From an uncultured Planctomycetota bacterium (GTDB lineage: Bacteria; Planctomycetota; Planctomycetia; Pirellulales; Lacipirellulaceae): a stretch of 64,000 nucleotides of DNA. The position numbers were made by a program, and so were the translations under genes. The DNA lies in assembly GCA_963719315.1 (NCBI GenBank), contig CAVRBU010000001.1, forward strand, positions 448,001-512,000, given 5' to 3'. How positions within the stretch are numbered: the first letter of the stretch is position 1; every line of letters starts with the position of its first letter. Below are positions 63,923 to 64,000 of this stretch, one piece after another. The notes beneath the pieces are model-generated. The model did no database searches. It was not told the DNA's origin and was given only the letters and a program-made list of their open reading frames with translations.

Positions 63923-64000
63923 CCGGGGCCTCCGGTGGAGGGAGAAAAGCGGGAAGACAAGGGGCGCAGCACAATGGGCTAGCGGCCTTGACCGATTTCC

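Noticed and set aside
1..64000. tRNA, rRNA or prophage genes
   Set aside because: None recognised by eye; a tRNAscan/Infernal run would be needed to exclude them formally

Overview
GC-rich bacterial chromosome segment. Gene content (PEP-CTERM proteins, PQQ/BamB-like propellers, Uma2, ECF/anti-sigma unit, many REP-like hairpins) suggests a planctomycete, probably Pirellulales; this is inference. Housekeeping genes: ymdB-rny with a probable 6S RNA upstream, tilS, dapF-xseA-xseB-ispA-dxs-nadK, pyk and purF. A lower-GC island (about 34.9-40.3 kb) holds a PEP-CTERM subtilase, an IS630 and an ISKra4-type element with recognisable ends. The most interesting region is a putative biosynthetic operon at 53.8-60.8 kb: an EhpF/GriC-like adenylating enzyme, a GriD/EhpG-like reductase, an Fe-alcohol dehydrogenase, a secreted beta-propeller and an atypical HemN-like radical SAM enzyme, interrupted by a hicAB module. 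There is also a sigma54 promoter plus terminator bracketing about 375 nt with no long ORF (candidate sRNA). About ten genes, including rny and purF, carry small frameshifts that look like sequencing or assembly indels. All family assignments come from recognising motifs by eye; no database search was run.
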